IMG/VR virus record: IMGVR_UViG_3300028833_003520
Direction: 5' to 3' (one strand)
Source: a virus
Lineage: Duplodnaviria > Caudoviricetes
DNA: 64,000 nucleotides
Within the stretch, counting starts at the first letter, position 1. Each line of letters starts with the position of its first letter. This document shows, piece by piece, positions 46,607 to 56,014 of the stretch. The notes beneath the pieces are model-generated. The model was not told the origin of the DNA and ran no database searches. It worked only from the letters and a program-made list of their open reading frames with translations. Position numbers and translations under genes: made by a program.

Positions 46607-47296
46607 TTATTCTTTTTGTAAGAGTGTTTTAAGATTAGCCCATCTATCGTCAAAATAGGTGAAGTCAAGGTTGCTTGCTTTAGCAAATTCTTCAGCATTA
46701 TCACAGTCAATATCCATTGTTTTATAATGATGATTGTTGATAAGAATGTTTATGCTTATACCGAATGAACCGTGACTTGCATATTGATATGTATAACGGC
46801 TATCGTTAACTGGCAGATTGTGTAATCTCTTGAGTTGCTTTAGCCATATCGGTAATGCCTCGTAAAGGTTATCGCCTTTAAGGATTATATATGCGTCATA
46901 GTAACTGATATCAGAAAACCATTTTTCCCATTCTTTGGTGATTTTATAGTAAATATCTTCAATTTTATGTGTATCGACGAGAGCCGTTATGCCAGAAACT
47001 ATCGTAGAGATTACACTTAAAATGAATATCATCATTGAAATGCGAGCGATGAGATGACAATAATCCAATTGGTTAAACCAAGATGCTTGTGTCGATAAGA
47101 AGATTTCGTAATGCGTAGAAGCAGTAGATGCAAACGAAAGTACACTAATTATGAAAGCGTACAAAGATATGTTACAGCATCGGTCGTGTTGGTTATCAAG
47201 TCTGGTGTAAGTTTGATGGTATTTATTGCGAGTTGCTTGACGTTTTTCGTTAAGAACGGCTTCAATTTCGTCAGATTTAACATTAGGCAAAATCAT
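46607..47296 (-). CDS. Hypothetical membrane protein
   Basis: Two hydrophobic helices. Confidence 0.75.
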   Translation of the reverse strand: MILPNVKSDEIEAVLNEKRQATRNKYHQTYTRLDNQHDRCCNISLYAFIISVLSFASTASTHYEIFLSTQASWFNQLDYCHLIARISMMIFILSVISTIVSGITALVDTHKIEDIYYKITKEWEKWFSDISYYDAYIILKGDNLYEALPIWLKQLKRLHNLPVNDSRYTYQYASHGSFGISINILINNHHYKTMDIDCDNAEEFAKASNLDFTYFDDRWANLKTLLQKE

Positions 47297-47307
47297 AGTT
47301 ATGCTCC

Positions 47308-47535
47308 TTATAAATTGGTGTAGTATTCTGAAATGCCGTCGCCGTGATAAAGTTTCTTTTTAGACTGTGTTTTTGCTTTAAGCATAAAGATTTTAACAGT
47401 CTGAGGAACGGTTTCAGGTGACGAGTATGTTCGAGTTCTTACCTGAAGTGTTGATGCGTCAAGGTAGTTTACATTGCACGCATAGAACTTATCGGATGAG
47501 TTGATAAGAACTGACTGAATTTTAGGGTTCGGCAT
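47308..47535 (-). CDS. Hypothetical protein
   Basis: SD AAAGGAG. Confidence 0.7.
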   Translation of the reverse strand: MPNPKIQSVLINSSDKFYACNVNYLDASTLQVRTRTYSSPETVPQTVKIFMLKAKTQSKKKLYHGDGISEYYTNL

Positions 47536-47547
47536 AAAGGTTCTCCT

Positions 47548-48222
47548 TTATATTTTGATTGATTCAAAGTAGTTGTCAATGTCGTTGAATACATCAGAAA
47601 GAGAAGGGAAATCGTATTCGAATGTTTTGACGACCTGACCTGTTGTATTGGAAATATCAACAGCCAGGTATGTATAGTCAGAATTTCTCGCATTTCTTAC
47701 GATTCTTGCGATTATAGGCTTTTGCTGTATAGTAAGAGGGCGAGAAATTTCGAAACATCTACTCATTACTCGGATATTTCCGAAGTTAATGAAGGTGACC
47801 ATTGCTGCAGAACGGTCATCTGATGTATCGACATCCAAAACTTCTTCGATTTCTCTATGGTCTCTATCACGAATCCAATCGTCGTAGGACATTTTGAGCA
47901 AGGTTCCATCTGTAAGAATATATCCTGCAAGACCGAGTTTTTCGGTGGTGCCAAAATAGTCTTTGGCTTTTTGATTATATTCTTTGATGGTTTCTTCAGA
48001 TATTGTATCGTCAATCTGTTCTTCTCCTAATACTCGGAGAACTTCAAGAGACTGGTCTTCATTTAAGAAGGTATGCCGATTGAAGTATTCCATAAGAAAA
48101 TCAACGTGCGGAAGGTCATAGCCTAAGTAGTTGATTCTGTTGAGAAGTTTGAGCCACGTATTGTATGTAATACCGTCTGTGTCGAGAAATTTGACGAGAT
48201 TACCTTTTCTTTCGATAGTCAT
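47548..48222 (-). CDS. Hypothetical protein with GYILxDG...DHREI...GNIR domain
   Basis: Motif pattern shared with the C-terminus of 51908..53221. Confidence 0.75.
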   Translation of the reverse strand: MTIERKGNLVKFLDTDGITYNTWLKLLNRINYLGYDLPHVDFLMEYFNRHTFLNEDQSLEVLRVLGEEQIDDTISEETIKEYNQKAKDYFGTTEKLGLAGYILTDGTLLKMSYDDWIRDRDHREIEEVLDVDTSDDRSAAMVTFINFGNIRVMSRCFEISRPLTIQQKPIIARIVRNARNSDYTYLAVDISNTTGQVVKTFEYDFPSLSDVFNDIDNYFESIKI

Positions 48223-48235
48223 AGATTTTCCTTTC

Positions 48236-48409
48236 TTAAGAAACATACCAACCTTGCTTTACACATTTGTCATTAACGAATATGCGAAAAGCCATTTCTC
48301 TTTCGTGTGCAAGTCTTAATGCTTCAGCAATTGACTTACATTCGATTGGAGTCATACAATAACCCCACTTGGTATTGAAAACGATAGTGCAGGGAATAGG
48401 TTTAGCCAT
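48236..48409 (-). CDS. 57-aa hypothetical protein (not in ORF track)
   Basis: MAKPIPCTIVFNTKWGYCMTPIECKSIAEAL...; SD AAAGGA. Confidence 0.65.
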   Translation of the reverse strand: MAKPIPCTIVFNTKWGYCMTPIECKSIAEALRLAHEREMAFRIFVNDKCVKQGWYVS

Positions 48410-48412
48410 AGT

Positions 48413-48787
48413 TTATCCTTTCTTTTTCCAATCAGGGATAATGCCATATTGTTCTTCTGCATACTGCCACCAACCAACAAGTTCGACAGGTGGGAGATGA
48501 TGTGTGCCCATCACCATTTCCTTTGCACTTAAAGCAAAGCAGATAACGAGTAGGATTGAGATTCCGAAAAGGAATATCTTCATTATAGGAGTCCAATCAT
48601 ATCCGTATTCTTGAGGAAGCAGTTGAGCAATAGCAAGAACAAACATTATAATCATCATTACTATTATTCTGATGAAAATCCTGTTATGCTCTTTCTTGCG
48701 TTTGGTTTTCCAATTTTTCTCCATCTGTTCGTAGTATTCGATTTTTTGTTCTTTAGTGGCATCTGATAAGTAGAAAATGTCTGACAT
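48413..48787 (-). CDS. Hypothetical membrane protein
   Basis: Two TM helices. Confidence 0.75.
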   Translation of the reverse strand: MSDIFYLSDATKEQKIEYYEQMEKNWKTKRKKEHNRIFIRIIVMMIIMFVLAIAQLLPQEYGYDWTPIMKIFLFGISILLVICFALSAKEMVMGTHHLPPVELVGWWQYAEEQYGIIPDWKKKG

Positions 48788-48807
48788 AGTTATGCTCCTT
48801 ACGATGT

Positions 48808-49176
48808 TTATGAGTCACCCCAAGGGGTGATGCCGAAGTCGTAGCAATCGACAATGCCGTTGATGTAGGTAGGGTCAGCAATACCATCACTATCACCCGT
48901 ACAGATTGATGGAACATCAAACCTGTGGTCTCTAATAAATTCCCAGTAGGCTTTAGCCGTATAAGGAAGTGTTTTGAGATTGAAGTTGATATTTTCTGCA
49001 ATAGTTTCTGCAAAAGCAACTTGCTTCGCAGAAGGCTTTTCAGGCGGTGGTGCATATCTGCTGATGAATTGTCGGTATTCGTTGAAAGTGAAGGGGATAG
49101 TATCGAGGTCAATATCGTTATCTTCGGCTAATGATTTAGCAAATTCGATTTGTTTTTCTGTTGGTTCTCGTACCAT
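48808..49176 (-). CDS. Protein with two PT/SxKQ helical repeats
   Basis: EPTEKQIEFAKSLAE...FTFNEYRQFI / KPSAKQVAFAETIAE...YTAKAYWEFI. Confidence 0.75.
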   Translation of the reverse strand: MVREPTEKQIEFAKSLAEDNDIDLDTIPFTFNEYRQFISRYAPPPEKPSAKQVAFAETIAENINFNLKTLPYTAKAYWEFIRDHRFDVPSICTGDSDGIADPTYINGIVDCYDFGITPWGDS

Positions 49177-50213
49177 TATGTATCATCTCCTTCAGTCTTA
49201 TATGAGACAAGATTGCGATTTTTACGCTTAATATCTTCGGAGATATGAGCGTAATGCTTTTTCGTAGTGTTAACGTCTTCGTGACCTAATGCTTCAGCAA
49301 CGGAGCCTATATCGCCTGTGGCTTGATATAGGTTGGTGGCAAACGTACTGCGTAATTTGTGTGGAGTGATGCTTTTCAAAGAAGTGTTGTATTTTGCAAC
49401 TAACTTCTGTGCTTCACGAATGCATATACGCTTGTTTCTGTTCGAGATAAACAGAGCCTTTTCCGTTTTAGGAAGGTTCTTGTTCTTTGCTCTTTCTTCG
49501 ATGTATATTTTCATATACTTGGCACATTGGTCAGAGAAGTAGAGTATCTCTTGTTTGCCACCTTTTCGTGTTACAAGAATTGTTGTATTTTTCATATCGA
49601 CATCATCAATGTCAAGTTCAACACATTCTGATACACGGATTCCTGTCGATAACATCAGCAGGAAGAAAGCAAGGTCACGGTTCTTGAGTTTATCGTGAAA
49701 CTTCTTTTCTCGTTCGGAAAGATATGTACCATTCATAACATTTTCGAGCAGAGAAGCAGTTTCGTCTTGGGTGAGATAGATGATAGGCTTTTTCTTTGCA
49801 GACCTTGGCATCTCTACTTTATTGATTTCATTAGTGGAGATGATATCTGTTCTATACAGATAGTCCATAAAGCGTTTAACAGCAGTGAATTTGCGTCGAA
49901 TAGAGTTGACGGAATTGCGTCTTTCAACTCCGTCAACTACGTAGTGTTCGATGTAAAGCAAATAGTTCGTAAAATCCTTGGATTTTAATGAACTTAAATC
50001 ACTTATGTTATTAAAGCCGAAAGCCGCATCATCGAGATACGAAAGAAATTGCTTTAAGTTAAGCAGATATTCGTATCTGGTTCTTGGTTGAGTTGAAAAC
50101 CTTAAGGAATTGATGTAATCAATTACAATAGGTCGAAACTTCGGTTGAATTAACTCAAGAAGATTATCAGTCTTCTGTATGGTATCTGATTCAACTTGTT
50201 TATGATTACTCAT
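49176..50213 (-). CDS. XerC/XerS-like tyrosine recombinase
   Basis: TGIRVSE, RKGGK, TPHKLR, LGH, TTKKHY catalytic residues. Confidence 0.92.
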   Translation of the reverse strand: MSNHKQVESDTIQKTDNLLELIQPKFRPIVIDYINSLRFSTQPRTRYEYLLNLKQFLSYLDDAAFGFNNISDLSSLKSKDFTNYLLYIEHYVVDGVERRNSVNSIRRKFTAVKRFMDYLYRTDIISTNEINKVEMPRSAKKKPIIYLTQDETASLLENVMNGTYLSEREKKFHDKLKNRDLAFFLLMLSTGIRVSECVELDIDDVDMKNTTILVTRKGGKQEILYFSDQCAKYMKIYIEERAKNKNLPKTEKALFISNRNKRICIREAQKLVAKYNTSLKSITPHKLRSTFATNLYQATGDIGSVAEALGHEDVNTTKKHYAHISEDIKRKNRNLVSYKTEGDDT

Positions 50214-50233
50214 ATCTGCTTAATCCTTTCTTG

Positions 50234-50410
50234 TTAATCTGGCTGTCGAGCAATAAAGTTTTGAGTATCTTTCAAGGCAGCGAGTTTACCTGCCAGGTAA
50301 CCTGCATTATAACTATTAGGGTCGTCGTCGCACGTATCTATAACGGTTTCGGTTCGCTCTATATTATTCTGCAAGTATGCTTTAATACGGTCATCAAGAG
50401 GTTCCATCAT
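50234..50410 (-). CDS. 58-aa hypothetical protein (not in ORF track)
   Basis: AAGGAGAATAACTATG start; open frame MMEPLDDRIK... Confidence 0.65.
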   Translation of the reverse strand: MMEPLDDRIKAYLQNNIERTETVIDTCDDDPNSYNAGYLAGKLAALKDTQNFIARQPD

Positions 50411-50421
50411 AGTTATTCTCC

Positions 50422-50583
50422 TTAAAGGTTTTCTACGATTTTATCTTCAGATAAACCTGTAAGTTCACTTGCAAAGGAGATTACGGTTTCGATATTTTCG
50501 CTACCGTAGTTCTCTTCAAAGGTCTTGATAGTATTGATGACATCTTCTTGCGAAATGGTTTCCATAGTGCAAATAGCGTCCAT
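50422..50583 (-). CDS. Small acidic hypothetical protein
   Basis: Start after AAAGGAG. Confidence 0.65.
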   Translation of the reverse strand: MDAICTMETISQEDVINTIKTFEENYGSENIETVISFASELTGLSEDKIVENL

Positions 50584-50596
50584 AATTGTTACTCCT

Positions 50597-50827
50597 TTAG
50601 TCTTTGATTTTTCTGAAGCCAATCTTTTCAAGATATGCTGCTAAATCAGTGAGGTCAGATTTAGAGGTAACTGTCAGAACTGTAGGCATATCTCTTGGTG
50701 GAATAGTGTAGGTTGTTGTGAGTTTGAAGGTTTTCTTCGAATAATTCACACGCAACCATATATTATTTGCGTAGCCTCTTGCTATCCAACGAGATTTGGG
50801 TTCGGCATAGAAGTAAATGAGTTCCAT
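50597..50827 (-). CDS. Hypothetical protein
   Basis: Coupled ORF. Confidence 0.7.
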   Translation of the reverse strand: MELIYFYAEPKSRWIARGYANNIWLRVNYSKKTFKLTTTYTIPPRDMPTVLTVTSKSDLTDLAAYLEKIGFRKIKD

Positions 50828-51216
50828 TACGTTGTTTCCTCCTTATCTGATGAAGATGTGTAGAGTTCGATGGTGAAATTCTCAAAGGAAGCCTTGGAGA
50901 ATACATCAACGAGTTTCTTCCACTCTCTACACTTGGATTTATCGAAACGAATTTTTACAAGACGTGGTTCGTAGGCAGTGAAGAGGTTAGTCTTCTTGCC
51001 GTCGCTACCTTTCAATAATCCTAAAGTGCGTTTAGCGTGGTCTAAATCATTGAAAAACATATCAAGGCGATATTTATCAACGCCGTCTTCTGTGAATTCC
51101 TGTACGAAGATAAGCAATGCGTTACCTTGATAGAGGTTAACCTGCATTTGCTCGCCGTTCTCATATTCATAGAAGGCTTCGCCGACTTTGTTTTTGAAAT
51201 CCCAAGTAATAGGCAT
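50827..51216 (-). CDS. Hypothetical protein
   Basis: SD AAAGGAG. Confidence 0.75.
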   Translation of the reverse strand: MPITWDFKNKVGEAFYEYENGEQMQVNLYQGNALLIFVQEFTEDGVDKYRLDMFFNDLDHAKRTLGLLKGSDGKKTNLFTAYEPRLVKIRFDKSKCREWKKLVDVFSKASFENFTIELYTSSSDKEETT

Positions 51217-51231
51217 AGATGTTCTCCTTTA

Positions 51232-51672
51232 TCAAATCTTGATGTCTGAAAGAGTATCGAGACCGTCGTGAAGAACTTTTTCCTTCACGGTTTCTTCAAC
51301 ATCTGAATACTCGGCTTCACAATCCCAATTCTCATAGCCATTAGATGAGTCATAATCAACGACGGCTTTAAGAATGTCTTCCATTGTAAAGCGTTCGAGC
51401 ATTTCGTTGATGAACATACGGTCATCGCCTTCGTATGCAGGGATATTGAGGTTTTCCTCAAAATAAGAAATCAATGCAGGATAGTAATCCACGATTTCGT
51501 GTTCTGTAAGAACTTTACCTGGGTCTTTATCATAGTTGGCATTGATGTCGGTCAAAATACGAATGATGTGTGCACTATGAACATCGAAAGCAACGAAATA
51601 CTTTACGAAGTTATTGTCGTCTTTTGATTTGGCATATTCTGTGCAGTCAAAAGTGATATTAAGTAAATCCAT
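51232..51672 (-). CDS. Hypothetical protein (acidic)
   Basis: SD AAAGGAG. Confidence 0.75.
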   Translation of the reverse strand: MDLLNITFDCTEYAKSKDDNNFVKYFVAFDVHSAHIIRILTDINANYDKDPGKVLTEHEIVDYYPALISYFEENLNIPAYEGDDRMFINEMLERFTMEDILKAVVDYDSSNGYENWDCEAEYSDVEETVKEKVLHDGLDTLSDIKI

Positions 51673-51684
51673 AGTTGTTCTCCT

Positions 51685-51888
51685 TTATACTTCGATATGG
51701 AGCAATCCTGTCTGCTTATTGATATCCATATAGTTGACAAAGTATTTGTCGCCTTCAATATGGTGTCTTGCTTCACAAGCATATCCTTCGAAAAGGATTT
51801 CTCCGTTAGAAGGTGTGACAACTTTGATTTTTGTTTCATCGTCGAGTGTGAGGATGAGGGTGCGTAGGTCGATTACCATATTTTTCAT
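51685..51888 (-). CDS. Hypothetical protein
   Basis: SD AAAGGAG. Confidence 0.7.
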   Translation of the reverse strand: MKNMVIDLRTLILTLDDETKIKVVTPSNGEILFEGYACEARHHIEGDKYFVNYMDINKQTGLLHIEV

Positions 51889-51907
51889 AATAGTTTCTCC
51901 TTTGTTA

Positions 51908-53221
51908 TTAGAATCCTATAGGGGAGAGGTCAACATTAACTTCGTGCTTTACCTTGGCATCCCAGATAGCGTTGCTCTGTGCTTTAGTAAATCTACCACT
52001 GGTTGGTATATCAATGTAAGCACCGTTTGTGGGAAGCCATCTTGTTGCACACCAACCGTTAGCCAAGAGAGTATCGAGTGCGTTAGATGATGTGATTTCT
52101 CCGCCTTTGAGATTGTCGAAATCAATGTTTGGGAATTTTTCAGGATAACAGAAAATAAGATGGTGTGCCTTGGCATTATGACCACCAAAACTACAGGAGT
52201 AAAAGTCACCGTTCGGTGCAATTAAACCTTCCCATTCTTCGTAGTCATCAGGCAAAATTAAATACATTCTATCACTCTCTGAATGCGACCAGCGAGTATC
52301 GTCTCGCAGGACGTTATTGATGAACCTGATGTGCGAATATTTTGTTTGTACAGCCATAGGTTCGTCTTTGGATGGCTCTACATTGTTTGCAAGCCAGTTG
52401 TCTGTGAATGCAATGTTTGCTTGAATTTCTTCTTTTAATGGGGAGTCAGTATTGCTTTGTGTATGAATGGTGTCTTCTTTAGTTTTTGCGGTAAAGTTTT
52501 GCCATCTGTTTGCTTTTTCTGTTTTGATTCTAATGAATGCGAGGTAGCGTTCATTTCTCTCTTTGAAGAAGTGAGAAGAGAAGCGAGAAGCATATTTTTC
52601 TGAAGTTATGAGTTCATATACTTTACGCCAAAATGCTTCTACTTCGTATTCATAGTAACTATCGGGTTTACAGTTAGTCTGTTCAATGGCTTCGTAGGCG
52701 ATTTCAGGAAAATTATATAACCAAAGACCGCCTTCTGTGTTGTCGTATTCGTCGATAAGAAGGTCTCCGCCATCATATCTTTGGCGGTCATAGTCAAACC
52801 AAAAATAATCGACGCATTGCTGATATGATTGAATTCTGCCTCCACACATTTCTTTTGCTGCAGATAATGATTTGACAGTAGAAAAAGGGTCGATGAATTT
52901 AATCATATACATCATCATAAGGTTTTTGAGTTCTTGAATTTTGAGTTGACGATGCTGTTCTTCGATTTTCTTGTAAATCGGGCGAATGTTTTCGTTATCG
53001 TCTTCGAGTGTGAAAATGTTGATTCCAACGAGTTTCTTACGACCTTCGATAATTTGCATAGCAATGGTTTTGAGTTCTTCTTCGGAAAGTTGGTCGCATT
53101 GCAAGCAACTTAAAAGAAGTTCTTCACATTTTTGGTAAGGTTTGTCTTCGTCCCAAAACCAAGTTCTTGCAAGGTCTGTAATGAAACCGCCATCAATTTT
53201 CCAACCGATTTTTTCTGCCAT
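51908..53221 (-). CDS. Hypothetical multi-domain protein (C-terminal GLIAPNGDFY...GH domain)
   Basis: 437 aa ORF with SD and upstream promoter. Confidence 0.8.
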   Translation of the reverse strand: MAEKIGWKIDGGFITDLARTWFWDEDKPYQKCEELLLSCLQCDQLSEEELKTIAMQIIEGRKKLVGINIFTLEDDNENIRPIYKKIEEQHRQLKIQELKNLMMMYMIKFIDPFSTVKSLSAAKEMCGGRIQSYQQCVDYFWFDYDRQRYDGGDLLIDEYDNTEGGLWLYNFPEIAYEAIEQTNCKPDSYYEYEVEAFWRKVYELITSEKYASRFSSHFFKERNERYLAFIRIKTEKANRWQNFTAKTKEDTIHTQSNTDSPLKEEIQANIAFTDNWLANNVEPSKDEPMAVQTKYSHIRFINNVLRDDTRWSHSESDRMYLILPDDYEEWEGLIAPNGDFYSCSFGGHNAKAHHLIFCYPEKFPNIDFDNLKGGEITSSNALDTLLANGWCATRWLPTNGAYIDIPTSGRFTKAQSNAIWDAKVKHEVNVDLSPIGF

Positions 53222-53242
53222 AGAAAATTCTCCTTTGTTCGA

Positions 53243-53272
53243 ATTTTATCGTATATGAGGGGTTCCCGTCAA
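53243..53272 (-). promoter_or_regulatory. sigmaA-type promoter overlapping a long inverted repeat
   Basis: TTGACG-N18-TAAAAT. Confidence 0.5.
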
Positions 53273-53335
53273 TATTTATTCGCAAAATTAGGATTTTGTG
53301 CATAAATATCTGGAAGACAGAAACCCCTCTCTTCT

Positions 53336-53494
53336 TCACTCAACTTTAATTTCTCCGTTGAGTATTGCTAATACGAGATGCTGTGAATGACCGTTTTTAC
53401 AGGCTTCGATTGCTTTATCTAACGCTTTGTCTTCTTGGCGAGTTTGTGTCTCTTTAAGTTCGTAAAGCATTTTAAGTAATTCGTCATTTGCCAT
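53336..53494 (-). CDS. 52-aa hypothetical protein (not in ORF track)
   Basis: MANDELLKMLYELKETQTRQEDKALDKAIEAC...; SD AAGGTGG. Confidence 0.6.
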   Translation of the reverse strand: MANDELLKMLYELKETQTRQEDKALDKAIEACKNGHSQHLVLAILNGEIKVE

Positions 53495-53517
53495 AGGTTA
53501 TTCAACCACCTTTCTTC

Positions 53518-53808
53518 TTACGATTTTACTCGGTAAATGTAGCGATAAGTTGATGGTTCGTATGTGAGATGAATTTCGCCTGTCGGTGAAACCTTCAAAG
53601 GGCAATCATCACGAATTGTGTGTTCGGGAACCGAAATAGCATAATAACTACTATATTCACCTGCGTCGGCTTTTTCCTGTAAAAGTCGGCATAAACCTGG
53701 CTCACGAGCACCTTGTCCTATAGATGGTTCTGATGCAAACGGACAATCTTTGCAACGAGTTGGTAGATGCATTGTCAAATGCACTGTAATTGGCTTTGAC
53801 ATAATCAA
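53518..53808 (-). CDS. Small Cys-containing hypothetical protein
   Basis: CKDCPF...C...RDDCPL. Confidence 0.7.
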   Translation of the reverse strand: MIMSKPITVHLTMHLPTRCKDCPFASEPSIGQGAREPGLCRLLQEKADAGEYSSYYAISVPEHTIRDDCPLKVSPTGEIHLTYEPSTYRYIYRVKS

Positions 53809-54542
53809 TCTCCTTTTGCTTTGGATAATGCGTCAAGCGAGGTAAATGAGGATTTGAATGTTTTAACAGGCAAGACTACATTGTAGCCTTTCTTAAAGTC
53901 CCATTCGCATAAATTGTGCTTTGGACTGCATTCATAGCATTCGATTTCCATATATTGTGGATAATCGGGGTTGATATGGTATGTGAATGGAACTGGATGC
54001 TCTTTAGAAGGTTCTCTCAGAATCTTGAATTCTTTGATACCTATTCTTGCTCTTCTTCCCTTGACAACTTCGTGTAAGGGTATTTTGTTTGCTAAAAGAG
54101 CCTTGTTTATGGCTATTTCCAAAGCAGATGCGATGTTTTTGTCGGTGAGTTTCTTATCTCGTTCTTTGGTTTGAAATTTGATGAGAATTCGAAGTTTACC
54201 CCATACTTCTTCTCTACAAGCATCTACGATGTAGATGATTGGGTATTGGAGTACACTATTAACATAGTGATTTATGTTGAATGCAGAAGCAAATTTCTCC
54301 ATATCGTCAACGAGATATGCATCGACAGTACCTTTAGAAGCCCGTATTGCGATAATGCGATTTGCGTCGCTATGAGTGGGCTTGGCTGCAAGAGCAAATT
54401 GCCCAATCTTCAATGTGGCATCGTATGCTTTTGCGAAATCGTTATATGTAACGAGTTCAGTCATATTGTTATCTTTGAGAAAGAAATATGACACATTGTC
54501 GGCTGTGTATGGAAAATTGCTGACAGATGAAGTTTTAAGCAT
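53805..54542 (-). CDS. Hypothetical protein
   Basis: TAA-CT-ATG coupled. Confidence 0.75.
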   Translation of the reverse strand: MLKTSSVSNFPYTADNVSYFFLKDNNMTELVTYNDFAKAYDATLKIGQFALAAKPTHSDANRIIAIRASKGTVDAYLVDDMEKFASAFNINHYVNSVLQYPIIYIVDACREEVWGKLRILIKFQTKERDKKLTDKNIASALEIAINKALLANKIPLHEVVKGRRARIGIKEFKILREPSKEHPVPFTYHINPDYPQYMEIECYECSPKHNLCEWDFKKGYNVVLPVKTFKSSFTSLDALSKAKGD

Positions 54543-54544
54543 AG

Positions 54545-54940
54545 TTAATCATCCTCCTCGACATAAGTATAATTTTCGATGTATTCTTTCATACACTCAT
54601 ACGCAGATTCGAGATTGAGCCAATGACCACCCGATATGTAGCAACCTGCTTGAAAGTCATAACTTTCAAGGTCGTACTTCCCTGTTTCATCATCTTTGGA
54701 ACAGTTGAAGTAATCGCCAATAGCGTTGATAATTTTCGTGGTGGTAATTTCAGTAGGTATGCTTTCACAGAAATTGTTGATACAATTTACAATGGCTTCA
54801 AGGTTGAGCCAACCACTACCTGTGGAACATCCTGACTGGAAATCGTATGAGTCCGTGTCATACTTGTTTGTTTCTTCATCTCTTGAGCAACCGTAGTAGT
54901 TACCTACGTGTTCAACGATGTCTTCGTATTCGTAAGCCAT
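54545..54940 (-). CDS. Acidic protein made of two ~55-aa tandem repeats
   Basis: G.Y..CS.D.ET.KYD..SYDFQ.GC....WLNLE occurs twice. Confidence 0.8.
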   Translation of the reverse strand: MAYEYEDIVEHVGNYYGCSRDEETNKYDTDSYDFQSGCSTGSGWLNLEAIVNCINNFCESIPTEITTTKIINAIGDYFNCSKDDETGKYDLESYDFQAGCYISGGHWLNLESAYECMKEYIENYTYVEEDD

Positions 54941-54951
54941 AGTTATTCTCC

Positions 54952-55158
54952 TTAACTGTATTTGGTATAGGTAAGTTTTTGACCATTTTTGGTGGTCTGT
55001 GTGACTTCAACACCTGCGTGAGATGCTATAAATTTATGGACAGTGAATGGTGCGAGTAGCCAAGAATAAGTGCGAGATGTGTTGCTATCGTAAAGAACGT
55101 GGCAACGATTTGAGTCATTCCAAAGAATGACCATAATAATCTGTGCTTGTGATGCCAT
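54952..55158 (-). CDS. Hypothetical protein
   Basis: SD AAAGGAG. Confidence 0.65.
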   Translation of the reverse strand: MASQAQIIMVILWNDSNRCHVLYDSNTSRTYSWLLAPFTVHKFIASHAGVEVTQTTKNGQKLTYTKYS

Positions 55159-55160
55159 AA

Positions 55161-55574
55161 TTATTCTCCTTTAATCGTGTCTTTGGTTCCTCGATTTCGT
55201 CTGCCACAGAAAGCACAACAATCTGTCTTTCGTGTAGAAATTTCGAAGCATCTTGGACAAGACCAAGCACCAATCTTTGTTTTCGAAGGAATCCATTCAT
55301 CGAATGGTTCTTTGTCGGTTTGTTTAGAAATAACTTCTTGGTCTTTGGTGATGATGTAATCACAATCGAAATTGAGGTCAGGGTTTTCGAAATCAGCGAT
55401 TTCGAGAGACTGTGAGCGTTCGGATGTGTCGCCATCTTCCCAAATGCCTGAACCAGAGAAGTAACCGATTGCGATTGCGAGTGCTTCTTCCTTATCATTT
55501 GCAGCGATAAGGATGCGAAAATCGGCGTTACTGTCGTATGCGATAAATAAGCCATTTAATTCTGTTATTTTCAT
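55161..55574 (-). CDS. Hypothetical protein with C-terminal Zn ribbon
   Basis: WSCPRC...CAFCG; start after AAGGAG. Confidence 0.75.
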   Translation of the reverse strand: MKITELNGLFIAYDSNADFRILIAANDKEEALAIAIGYFSGSGIWEDGDTSERSQSLEIADFENPDLNFDCDYIITKDQEVISKQTDKEPFDEWIPSKTKIGAWSCPRCFEISTRKTDCCAFCGRRNRGTKDTIKGE

Positions 55575-55585
55575 AGATGCTCTCC

Positions 55586-55999
55586 TTAGTTGACAGCAAT
55601 TTTGACATTCTTGGTGTCGATGTTTTTGAAAGGCATTGATTGTGAAAGGTAATCGAGAATGATTTCGATTTTCTCGTCCCAACCGTTACTTTCCCAATCA
55701 TATCCTTGTGCATTGCTTTCAGGAATAAACCAATTAAGGAAACCGACTGTTATTTCATCAATGATGTTATTTTTACACGCTTCTTCAGGAGTTAAGCAAT
55801 CTTCATCATCATCTGTGTATTTGATTTCGCTGTTATGAGCGTCAAGGTCTTCCTTAATGGTTTTTACGTTTTCAAGTACCTGATAAGCGAGATTTTCGTC
55901 GCTTTCAGTGGCAATAAGTGCTTGATGAGAAAGAATATCATCATCATCGGAACAACAAACACAATCTTCTGTGAATGTTAAGATAAAATGGTGCATCAT
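55586..55999 (-). CDS. Very acidic protein, paralog family A
   Basis: Shares VKTIKEDLD, TP.EA, GFLN.F, W.S.GW.E.I.IIL.YLS with 56015..56446. Confidence 0.8.
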   Translation of the reverse strand: MMHHFILTFTEDCVCCSDDDDILSHQALIATESDENLAYQVLENVKTIKEDLDAHNSEIKYTDDDEDCLTPEEACKNNIIDEITVGFLNWFIPESNAQGYDWESNGWDEKIEIILDYLSQSMPFKNIDTKNVKIAVN

Positions 56000-56014
56000 T
56001 GTTGTTATTCTCCT

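Noticed and set aside
49176-50213. Integron integrase with attC cassette array
   Set aside because: No IntI-specific insertion recognised. Intergenic gaps are mostly under 20 bp and lack attC-like GTTRRRY/RYYYAAC stems.
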